Assembly: GCA_028709785.1 (NCBI GenBank)
Contig: JAQUTK010000001.1
Coordinates: 147,845-211,844, forward strand
DNA from: Bacteroidales bacterium
GTDB taxonomy: Bacteria; Bacteroidota; Bacteroidia; Bacteroidales; JAQUTK01
Reading direction: 5' to 3'
DNA length: 64,000 bases
A program made the position numbers and the translations under genes. The notes under the pieces are model-generated. The model saw nothing but the letters and a program-made list of their open reading frames with translations, did not search any database and was not told the DNA's origin. Positions 1-7,713 of this stretch are shown here, in pieces. The first letter of the stretch is position 1, and each line of letters starts with the position of its first letter.

Positions 1-145
1 ATACACCGGTTACATTTGGTGGTGGAATAACTACCGTGTATGGTTCACGTTCATCAGGAACAGAGTGAAAAAAACCGTTCGTTTGCCAATATTGGTACCA
101 TTTTTCCTCTACCTCAGTCGGGTCATATTTACTTGCTATACTCAT
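1..145 (-). CDS. valS: valine--tRNA ligase, N-terminal fragment (gene continues past the window start)
   Basis: Reverse-strand translation from ATG (complement of 143-145) reads [48 protein letters not shown], a typical ValRS N-terminus ending in PPPNVTG. It is absent from the ORF track because it is open at the window edge. Confidence 0.8.
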   Translation of the reverse strand, partial: MSIASKYDPTEVEEKWYQYWQTNGFFHSVPDEREPYTVVIPPPNVTGV

Positions 146-396
146 AGATAATATCGTTATTTTGTAGTCTGTACGATTAAAACCACAAAAGTAATATTTT
201 TTTTTGCTGATATTAGAAACAAATCCAAGAATATACTTTTCAAGTGGACAACAGAATGATAACCTCAGTCTATTGCTGTTTGTTAAATTGAGTCCGGGAG
301 CGATTGGTTTAGCCTATTTTATAACTTTCGTTCTTTTTTTCTAGTATCATTCTTATTTATTTGTAATTTTGCCTGTTCATTTTATATATAGACTCA

Positions 397-819
397 GTGG
401 GAAGAATATTGGCGATTGATTATGGTCGTAAACGAACCGGTTTAGCTGTTACAGATTTATTGAAGATTATTGCAACCGGATTGACAACCGTTCCGACACA
501 TACTCTGCTGCCTTTTCTCAAAAGCTATACAGAGAAGGAGCCTGTTGACCTTTTTTTAGTTGGTCATCCGGTTACGCTTCTTAATCAACCCTCAGATAAT
601 CTACCTTTTGTGGAACAGTTTGTGAAAACGCTCAAGAAGCAATTTCCGGGCATTCCTGTGGAAATGGTTGATGAACGGTTTACATCAAGTATTGCACAAC
701 AGGCAATGATTGATGGAGGGGTCAAAAAGAAAGATCGTCAGAATAAAGCGCTGGTGGATGAAATCAGTGCTGTGATTATCCTTCAGAGCTATATGGAAAG
801 TCGCCGGTTTATAAAATGA
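397..819 (+). CDS. ruvX: Holliday junction resolvase-like protein RuvX/YqgF
   Basis: 140 aa. The N-terminus ILAIDYGRKRTGLAVTD and the C-terminal DE.SA..ILQ motif are typical of the YqgF family. It abuts def. Confidence 0.85.
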   Translation: MGRILAIDYGRKRTGLAVTDLLKIIATGLTTVPTHTLLPFLKSYTEKEPVDLFLVGHPVTLLNQPSDNLPFVEQFVKTLKKQFPGIPVEMVDERFTSSIAQQAMIDGGVKKKDRQNKALVDEISAVIILQSYMESRRFIK

Positions 820-852
820 GTGAGTATTGAATTAGAACTTAAATGTAAAGAA

Positions 853-1410
853 ATGATTTTACCGATTTATTTGTATGGGCAGCCTGTGCTACGAAAAGTG
901 GCGCAAGATATTGCACCTGATTATCCGGATTTGAAGAATTTGATAGAAACGATGTTTGAAACGATGTATAAATCGGAAGGTATTGGCCTGGCAGCTCCGC
1001 AAGTGGGTCTTTCCATCCGGCTTCTTGTGATTGATCTTACTCCCATGGCTGACGAAAATCCGGAATTCAAGAACTTCAAAAAAGTGATGATTAACGCCCA
1101 TCTTGTCGATAGTGATGGCGAAGATATACTGTTGGATGAGGCATGCCTGAGCTTGCCGGGAATTCATGAAAAAGTGGCCCGAAAGAGTAAAATCCGAATG
1201 AAATATCTTGATGAAAACGGCGTGGAACATGATGAAGTTTACCAAGGTTATTTAGCCCGTGTCATTATGCATGAATATGATCATTTGGATGGAAAATTAT
1301 TTATTGACCATGTGTCACCAATCAGAAAACAACTTATTAAGGGTAAATTGAATCTGATTGTAAAAGGGAAAGCTCGTTGTGATTATAAGAATAAACCACT
1401 TGGAAGATAA
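853..1410 (+). CDS. def: peptide deformylase
   Basis: All three PDF motifs are present: [26 protein letters not shown]. The ORF track starts at GTG 820, but ATG 853 ([13 protein letters not shown]) matches the usual Def N-terminus. Confidence 0.9.
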   Translation: MILPIYLYGQPVLRKVAQDIAPDYPDLKNLIETMFETMYKSEGIGLAAPQVGLSIRLLVIDLTPMADENPEFKNFKKVMINAHLVDSDGEDILLDEACLSLPGIHEKVARKSKIRMKYLDENGVEHDEVYQGYLARVIMHEYDHLDGKLFIDHVSPIRKQLIKGKLNLIVKGKARCDYKNKPLGR

Positions 1411-1415
1411 CTTTG
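1408..1415 (+). promoter_or_regulatory. Bacteroides-type -7 promoter box TAACTTTG upstream of CotH paralog 1
   Basis: Exact match to TAnnTTTG, 64 nt upstream of ATG 1479. It overlaps the def stop codon. Confidence 0.4.
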
Positions 1416-1478
1416 TCGCGAATAGAAAGAAAAATACACACGTTACTTTATAGAATCTTAAATTATTAAACTTTTAGC

Positions 1479-3995
1479 ATGAAACATTTATTACTTCTCC
1501 TTGCGGCAGTGTGCTTGTTTTGCTCTGCAGCCGAGGCAGCTCCTGTTTATTCAAAAACAACCAAGTATAGGATTGCATCTCTGAATGCTCCGGAATCAAG
1601 TGGATTGGTTGTCAGATCAACTCCTGATGGATTGAAACTGTTTTATGAACAAGATGTGACTGCCTTTGGCGATAGTGCGATGTGGCGCCTCAATAAATCA
1701 ACGGTATCTGAAAAATATTCTTTCTTTAATCCTAAAACAAAGAAATTTTTAAAGCTTATTCCTTCTGAAAGTGGAGCTACTCTGACTGTGGAATCTTCTG
1801 CTAATGCAGCGACTGATTCTACTATTTTCTTCACAATGAGTATGATTAGCAGAGGTGGAAATGCTTATTATGGAATTAAATCGACAGTAGAAGGATTTAC
1901 ATCGCAAGGATTGTCTGTCGGCGCTTCTGGAAGTCCTGTTACTCTTAGTGAGTATAGCGGACTGAAAAGCGAGTTGTTTGGTCTCTTTCAGAGCGATTCC
2001 ACACAAGTATCAGATACAGACAAGGGAGGCGATTTTTTTAAGTATCTGGATATTTGTACTATCAATGGACGCACTCCGGTCTATGACCAGTCTAAAGCGG
2101 CCTATTATTATACAATGCCTGAACGGCAGATGGGAACAGATGTTTCTAAGGTTCTCGAATATAAATTTAAAAGTGGGACTCCGTCAAATATAACTTTTAC
2201 CATTGATGGTAATCCTGTAGCAAGCGGTGAAGAGTATTCTTTTGGTAATGTTACACCTACCAAAGTGTACAAGGTTATCATCGCACAAGGAGAAAATGAG
2301 CTTGCTTACGCTTCGCTCTATTTTACAAGTATGCCGATCGTTCAGATCTTTTATACCGGTTCTGCGATAAATGGATATAGTTATACTTTAGGAAAATTAC
2401 TGGTCAATGATCCGGTTTCCAATGTGCAGCCTGATACTGTATATGCGAATTATAAGTATCGTGGAGCAACGGCTCAAAACCAACCCAAGAAGTCGTATGC
2501 AATTAAGCTTGTCGAACCGACAAAAATTGGAGAGTATTCGTATTACGAAAGCGTAGATAAAAGTTTTTTGGGGTTGAGAGAGGATAATAACTGGATATTG
2601 GATGCAATGGCTATTGATCCGGCACGCATGAGAAACAGAGTTGCAACTGATCTTTGGAATGATTTCTCAGCAAAACCGTATTATTTCTCAAAAGAACCGA
2701 AAGCTGTCAATGGTACTCGTGGAAAATTTGTAGAGCTATTTGTCAACAATGTATACAGAGGCATTTACTGTATGACAGAGAAGGTGGATAGGAAACAACT
2801 GAAACTGAAAAAGTTTGATGAAGGTGCTACCTTTATTACTCCTGACACAATTAAGGGTGCGTTGTATAAAGCGAAGAATTGGTCTTTCTCTGTTCTTTTT
2901 GGAAATACCCCTGATCAGCCGAGTGCTCTTCCTTCGCTATCCAGACTGTCTTCTTTCGATAACAGTTCTGAGTCATGGGATGGCTGGGAAGTCAAGTATC
3001 CGGATGCGGCAGATGGCGCAGCACAAGGTTGGGATACTGTAACTTATACTTATAATTTGAATGGTAAAGATACGACATTTACTTATTACAGAGCTAAAAA
3101 CTTTACAGACTGGCAGCCTTTACGTGATGCCGTTGCTTTTGCCATTTCTTCAGATTCTTTGTTTGCGGCGCAGGCTGCTGATCGTTTTGACCTGCCCGTT
3201 CTCAGAGATTATTATTTATTTATTGAACTGTTGCTTGCTACGGATAATCATGGTAAAAATATGTTCTTCTCTGTTTATGATCAGACAAAATCAACCAAAA
3301 TGACCGTCACTCCGTGGGACTTGGACGGAACATTCGGACGTCGATGGAATGGAAATACCACTTGGAGCCTTGGCGGCGGAGGCATTTTTGGCGGTGGTGG
3401 TGCTACATACGGAGCTAACCCGGATCAGGATTTCATCAGCTTTCTAAAGACGAATGAACATGCCGAACACTATCTTTTCCAACGTTTGAAAAGAAGCAAT
3501 GTCGGAGGTTTTTATGATCAGCTTAAATCAAGGTATGCTGAATTACGTCAGGACTACTTCAAACCGGAAAATCTTATCAACCGTTTCGTGCAATACAGAG
3601 ATAATTTTGTGGCGAGTGGTGCAGCAGATAGAGAAGTGAAGACGTGGTCTTCCATGACTTCTGGTATGAATTTTACAACAGAAATATCCTATCTCACATC
3701 CTGGATCAATGCGCGTATTGCTTATCTGGATGCACAATATGGATATAGTAATACGGATGAAGGAATCATGCTGACAGCACTGAAACTGAATGTTTCTCCA
3801 AATCCGGTTAGTGACCTTTTAATAATAAGTAATTTAGTACGCGGAGAAGTTGTCTCTATATACGACCAACAAGGACGTGTGTTGCACCAACAACGCGCTG
3901 ATATGGATGCCATGGCAATTGATTTTGCTGATTATGCTTCAGGCTTGTATATCGTCAAAGCCGGCAATCGATCAGAAAAGGTTATTAAGCGATAA
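1479..3995 (+). CDS. secreted CotH-kinase-like protein with T9SS C-terminal sorting domain (paralog 1, no Ig/MBG modules)
   Basis: Signal peptide MKHLLLLLAAVCLFCSAAEA. CotH-family motifs LREDNNWILDAMAIDPARMRNRVATDLWN, TEKVDRKQLKLKK, LLATDNHGKNMFF, PWDLDGTFGRRW. The last ~70 aa (SPNPVSDLL...GLYIVKAG...KVIKR) look like a T9SS Por_Secre_tail CTD. Confidence 0.8.
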   Translation: MKHLLLLLAAVCLFCSAAEAAPVYSKTTKYRIASLNAPESSGLVVRSTPDGLKLFYEQDVTAFGDSAMWRLNKSTVSEKYSFFNPKTKKFLKLIPSESGATLTVESSANAATDSTIFFTMSMISRGGNAYYGIKSTVEGFTSQGLSVGASGSPVTLSEYSGLKSELFGLFQSDSTQVSDTDKGGDFFKYLDICTINGRTPVYDQSKAAYYYTMPERQMGTDVSKVLEYKFKSGTPSNITFTIDGNPVASGEEYSFGNVTPTKVYKVIIAQGENELAYASLYFTSMPIVQIFYTGSAINGYSYTLGKLLVNDPVSNVQPDTVYANYKYRGATAQNQPKKSYAIKLVEPTKIGEYSYYESVDKSFLGLREDNNWILDAMAIDPARMRNRVATDLWNDFSAKPYYFSKEPKAVNGTRGKFVELFVNNVYRGIYCMTEKVDRKQLKLKKFDEGATFITPDTIKGALYKAKNWSFSVLFGNTPDQPSALPSLSRLSSFDNSSESWDGWEVKYPDAADGAAQGWDTVTYTYNLNGKDTTFTYYRAKNFTDWQPLRDAVAFAISSDSLFAAQAADRFDLPVLRDYYLFIELLLATDNHGKNMFFSVYDQTKSTKMTVTPWDLDGTFGRRWNGNTTWSLGGGGIFGGGGATYGANPDQDFISFLKTNEHAEHYLFQRLKRSNVGGFYDQLKSRYAELRQDYFKPENLINRFVQYRDNFVASGAADREVKTWSSMTSGMNFTTEISYLTSWINARIAYLDAQYGYSNTDEGIMLTALKLNVSPNPVSDLLIISNLVRGEVVSIYDQQGRVLHQQRADMDAMAIDFADYASGLYIVKAGNRSEKVIKR

Positions 3996-4018
3996 AACAA
4001 CTTTAATTATTTGATTTA

Positions 4019-4057
4019 CAATGCCTCCGGACTACTTCGGAGGCATTGCTGTTTTCT
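4019..4057 (+). terminator. rho-independent terminator after CotH paralog 1
   Basis: An 11-bp perfect stem (4019-4029 CAATGCCTCCG / 4038-4048 CGGAGGCATTG) with an 8-nt loop, followed by CTGTTTTCTT. Confidence 0.7.
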
Positions 4058-4105
4058 TGCTTTCAGAAAAAGAGACTTTTATGTGTTTTTTATTTGCAGA
4101 TTGTA

Positions 4106-4113
4106 TATCTTTG
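4106..4113 (+). promoter_or_regulatory. -7 promoter box TATCTTTG upstream of CotH paralog 2
   Basis: TAnnTTTG match 31 nt upstream of ATG 4144. The context TATCTTTGCCGCGCATTAA is repeated upstream of paralog 3. Confidence 0.5.
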
Positions 4114-4143
4114 CCGCGCATTAAACTGATACCCATAGTATTT

Positions 4144-7100
4144 ATGAAAAATCTTATCGTTTCCCTTTTCATATCTTTATTCTCCTTTTCGGCTGTAGCC
4201 AGTCCTGTATTTAATCCGACAAAGAAATATCGTATCGCTTGTTTGCAAGATGGAGCTCAGGGCGGCATTGTTTTAGGAAGCAAGCATGAAAGCAATTATC
4301 CATTGTTTTATTATTCAGCTGCGAATTCTGCGACGACAGATGCATATTGGTATATTATAGAAAACGAAGGAACATATTCGTTTAAAAACGCGTCAACAGG
4401 GCAGTATATTTCATACGATATAGATTATACCACAAACAGAAATTTGGGATTAGTATCAGCGTTGAATGCTGATATGACACTCTTTTCTCTGACTTTACAT
4501 TCGAATGGCGGGATTGATTATTATTCATTTAAGTCAGAAAATGATCCGACGAAATTTTTCAACAAGAGAGGCTCTGGACTGGTCGGCTTGTATAGCCCAA
4601 GTAGTGGAACCAGCAGTAATGAACTATTTGCTTTTTATGATGAAGATAATAATGTTGTTAAGGACGATCGAATAGTTGTTATTCCGCAGAAACCTGATCC
4701 TGTTGTTGCCGGACCTTTGGCAACTTACTTTACCGAGTTTACGTTGAGTGGCAAACCTTTGGTCTATAACAGTACGGACGGTTCTTATTTCTTCTCTGTC
4801 CCTTTAAATCTTATGGATGCGGATATTGAGCGCACAATACACTTCATTGCAAAGAATCTGAACGGGAATTATTCAGTGACTATCGACGGTGCGCCTCTTT
4901 TTGATGAGGATGATTATGTGTTTTCAAAAGTGACTGCCGGGAAAAAATACAGTATGGAAGTGAAGGAAGGCACGACGCTAAAGGCGACACTTGATCTGAC
5001 TTTTACAGGACTTCCTATTGTTCAGATTTACTATGATGCTGTAAATTCCAGCGAATATCTGGCCGGATATATTAAAGTACATGAACCGGATAAGAAAACT
5101 GTACCGGAATTTCTTCATTCTGAATACAAATACAGAGGTGCGACTGCTTTGGGACAGCCTAAAAAATCTTTTAATATCAAACTGAAAGATGGTTCGGATC
5201 AAAAACTCTTTCGGAGTTTCTTCGGTCTTCGTGAAGATAACAATTGGGTCTTAGATGCCATGGCTATAGATCCTGGACGAATGCGAAACCGTGTTTCAAC
5301 GGATTTGTGGAATGATTTCTCAAGATTGCCGTATCATAGTGAAACAGAAAGCAACGTAATTAATGGTACAAGGGGACAATTTGTGGAATTGTTTATCAAT
5401 GATCAGTACAATGGATTGTATTGTATGACGGAGAAAGTGGATAGGAAACAGCTGCAACTCAAGAAATATGATGATTCAACCCAGACGGTTCGCGGAGTAT
5501 TGTATAAAGCGTCAGGTTGGAACTATTCCAATTTTATGGGTCATTATGCTGATAATCAGAGTTATCCGGGAACTAATCCGCCTGATTACAATAATAGCAG
5601 TGAGACTTGGGATGGGTATGAGGTAAAACATCCTGATTTTGACGAACAGCCGGTAGACTGGAAACCGTTGTATGATCTTGTTGCATTTAATGCTACAGCG
5701 GCAGTGGATAGTGCCAGGTTTGTCAATGGATACAAATCGTACTTCGATATGCCAGTCTGGCTTGATTACTATCTGTTTATTGATCTCTTGTTGGCGACAG
5801 ATAACCATGGAAAGAATACCTTTATATATACATATGACAAGAATAGATCCAATGTAATGAGCATCGCTCCCTGGGATTTAGATGGTACCTTTGGTCGAAG
5901 ATGGGATGGATCTAACAATATAACGACTCCAAATCAGGATTTCGTATCCTTTCTTATTCAATACGAGCATGGTGAGTATGCCGTATTCAGGAATCTGAAG
6001 AAGTTTAATCCGGACAATTACAATCTGAATCTTCGCTATAGATATGCAGAGTTGCGTAAGACGTACTTTACGAAAGAGAGTCTGATGGCACGTTTCTTAA
6101 AATACAAAGAGATGTTTGACAAAAGTGGTGCCGGAGCACGTGAAACAGCAAAATGGAGTGGCTCTAATGTCAGGATTGACCTGAATGCTGAGATGACCTA
6201 TCTTTCCAGCTGGCTTGATTCGAGGCTTAATTATCTGGATGTAACGGAATTTGATATTGCTCATTTGCCGATGCAACATCCTGTGATTACGCTTTCAACT
6301 CCTAAGACGCTAACGTATGGTAATCCGGCAATAGCCAATCTGTTGGTTACAACCAATCCGAATGCACCGCTCAAGATTTCCTTCTCAAAAAGTGGAGTTG
6401 TTGAAGTGAATGGTAATACGTTAAAGATGCTGAACGCGGGATCTACTTATATGTATGTTTCTCAGGCAGCTTCTATCGGTTATTCAGCTGTCGATACTTC
6501 CTTCTATCTGCAGATTGATAAGAGAAGTCTTGTTGCAAAGGCTGATGATAAGGTGAAAGAAATTGGAGATGAAAATCCGGCGCTTTCAATGACATATGCA
6601 GGACTGGCTTCAGGTGATACCCCCGAACTAGTATTTACCAGCATGCCGACAGTTTCCTGCGCTGCAGTCGTAGATTCTCCAATCGGTACGTATCCTATTC
6701 TAATTGAAGGCGGAGTTGCTAATAGTAATTACGTGTTGAATATGCAAAACGGAACATTGACCATTAATGCCCGTAAGGTGAAAAAGACTCCCGTAATTAC
6801 GTTAGAGTTGCCTGATACGATAACCTATGGTGATGCTCCAATTGAACTTAATCCAATCTCGTCAAATACCTATTCGACTGTCACTTTATACACTTCAAAG
6901 CCGGGTGTTGTCGAAATCAAGGATTCTAAAATGAACATCCTGAATGTTGGATCCCTATATTTGATTGCTTCACAGCCTGGTAATGATATTTATGCGTCAA
7001 CAAATGCGGTTATCAAGTTCCTTATTTCAGTTCAGAAGAAGACGCTCTATGCTGTAGCTGAGGATCAGATAAAAGAACAGGGACAAGAAAATCCGTCGTT

Positions 7101-7533
7101 TACTATTCGATACGAAGGTTTGGTTCTTCCAGACCAGATAAGCAATGTGGTTACCAGTGCTCCCGTTGTTTCCTGTGATGCAAATGCAACTTCTGAAGTG
7201 GGAGAATACCCTATTCTGCTCAGTGGAGGCTCTGTTTCTGCCAACTATCAGCTAGAAAGAAAAGCAGGAGTCTTGACGATTCTTCCCAATACAGGTACCC
7301 CTGTTGAAGCCGAAACTATTCAGGTTGGAATTGCTCCTAACCCGGTACAGGATATACTGAATCTCTCTCAATTGACAACGGGGGTTCTTGTACAGCTTTT
7401 TGATTCTTTCGGCAGAGTGATTTATGTTGAAAAAGCAACGGAACCGACAATTCAAATTCGTATGGAGAGTCAATCTCCGGGTATTTATTACCTGAAAATA
7501 GGAGAGGATACTCATACGATTATAAAGAAATAG
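4144..7533 (+). CDS. secreted CotH-kinase-like protein with two Ig-like+MBG-like modules and a T9SS CTD (paralog 2)
   Basis: The preferred start is ATG 4144 (MKNLIVSLFISLFSFSAVA signal peptide), because the 4021 extension overlaps the upstream terminator and promoter. CotH motifs LREDNNWVLDAMAIDPGRMRNRVSTDLWN, LLATDNHGKNTFIY, PWDLDGTFGRRW. Two ~165-170-aa repeats (6277-6786, 6787-7281) each end in an MBG-like YG..NP...Y.GL...D......P.VSC.A...S..G.YPI...GG....NY......G.LTI. CTD APNPVQD...GIYYLKIG...IIKK. Confidence 0.8.
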   Translation: MKNLIVSLFISLFSFSAVASPVFNPTKKYRIACLQDGAQGGIVLGSKHESNYPLFYYSAANSATTDAYWYIIENEGTYSFKNASTGQYISYDIDYTTNRNLGLVSALNADMTLFSLTLHSNGGIDYYSFKSENDPTKFFNKRGSGLVGLYSPSSGTSSNELFAFYDEDNNVVKDDRIVVIPQKPDPVVAGPLATYFTEFTLSGKPLVYNSTDGSYFFSVPLNLMDADIERTIHFIAKNLNGNYSVTIDGAPLFDEDDYVFSKVTAGKKYSMEVKEGTTLKATLDLTFTGLPIVQIYYDAVNSSEYLAGYIKVHEPDKKTVPEFLHSEYKYRGATALGQPKKSFNIKLKDGSDQKLFRSFFGLREDNNWVLDAMAIDPGRMRNRVSTDLWNDFSRLPYHSETESNVINGTRGQFVELFINDQYNGLYCMTEKVDRKQLQLKKYDDSTQTVRGVLYKASGWNYSNFMGHYADNQSYPGTNPPDYNNSSETWDGYEVKHPDFDEQPVDWKPLYDLVAFNATAAVDSARFVNGYKSYFDMPVWLDYYLFIDLLLATDNHGKNTFIYTYDKNRSNVMSIAPWDLDGTFGRRWDGSNNITTPNQDFVSFLIQYEHGEYAVFRNLKKFNPDNYNLNLRYRYAELRKTYFTKESLMARFLKYKEMFDKSGAGARETAKWSGSNVRIDLNAEMTYLSSWLDSRLNYLDVTEFDIAHLPMQHPVITLSTPKTLTYGNPAIANLLVTTNPNAPLKISFSKSGVVEVNGNTLKMLNAGSTYMYVSQAASIGYSAVDTSFYLQIDKRSLVAKADDKVKEIGDENPALSMTYAGLASGDTPELVFTSMPTVSCAAVVDSPIGTYPILIEGGVANSNYVLNMQNGTLTINARKVKKTPVITLELPDTITYGDAPIELNPISSNTYSTVTLYTSKPGVVEIKDSKMNILNVGSLYLIASQPGNDIYASTNAVIKFLISVQKKTLYAVAEDQIKEQGQENPSFTIRYEGLVLPDQISNVVTSAPVVSCDANATSEVGEYPILLSGGSVSANYQLERKAGVLTILPNTGTPVEAETIQVGIAPNPVQDILNLSQLTTGVLVQLFDSFGRVIYVEKATEPTIQIRMESQSPGIYYLKIGEDTHTIIKK

Positions 7534-7553
7534 CAGAATATTAGCTATAATAA

Positions 7554-7590
7554 TAAAGGCTGTCAACTGAAGAGGCAGCCTTTGTTGTTA
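7554..7590 (+). terminator. rho-independent terminator after CotH paralog 2
   Basis: Stem AAAGGCTG (7554-7561) / CAGCCTTT (7575-7582), followed by a T-rich tail GTTGTTATTG. Confidence 0.6.
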
Positions 7591-7677
7591 TTGTATTAAT
7601 GAAAGGTTACAAAATGTGTAGTTATCATCTGAATGTCTAAAAATAGTCTAAAGTGGGTTTTATCACAAAATATTCCT

Positions 7678-7685
7678 TATCTTTG
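7678..7685 (+). promoter_or_regulatory. -7 promoter box TATCTTTG upstream of CotH paralog 3
   Basis: TAnnTTTG match within TATCTTTGCCGCATTAA, 29 nt upstream of GTG 7714. Confidence 0.5.
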
Positions 7686-7713
7686 CCGCATTAATGATTT
7701 ATTTACAACTGAC

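Noticed and set aside
4021-4143. N-terminal extensions of CotH paralog 2 (from 4021) and paralog 3 (7633-7713) given by the ORF track.
   Set aside because: The extensions overlap the upstream terminator hairpin and lie upstream of the TATCTTTG promoter boxes. The downstream starts give canonical signal peptides that align among the three paralogs.
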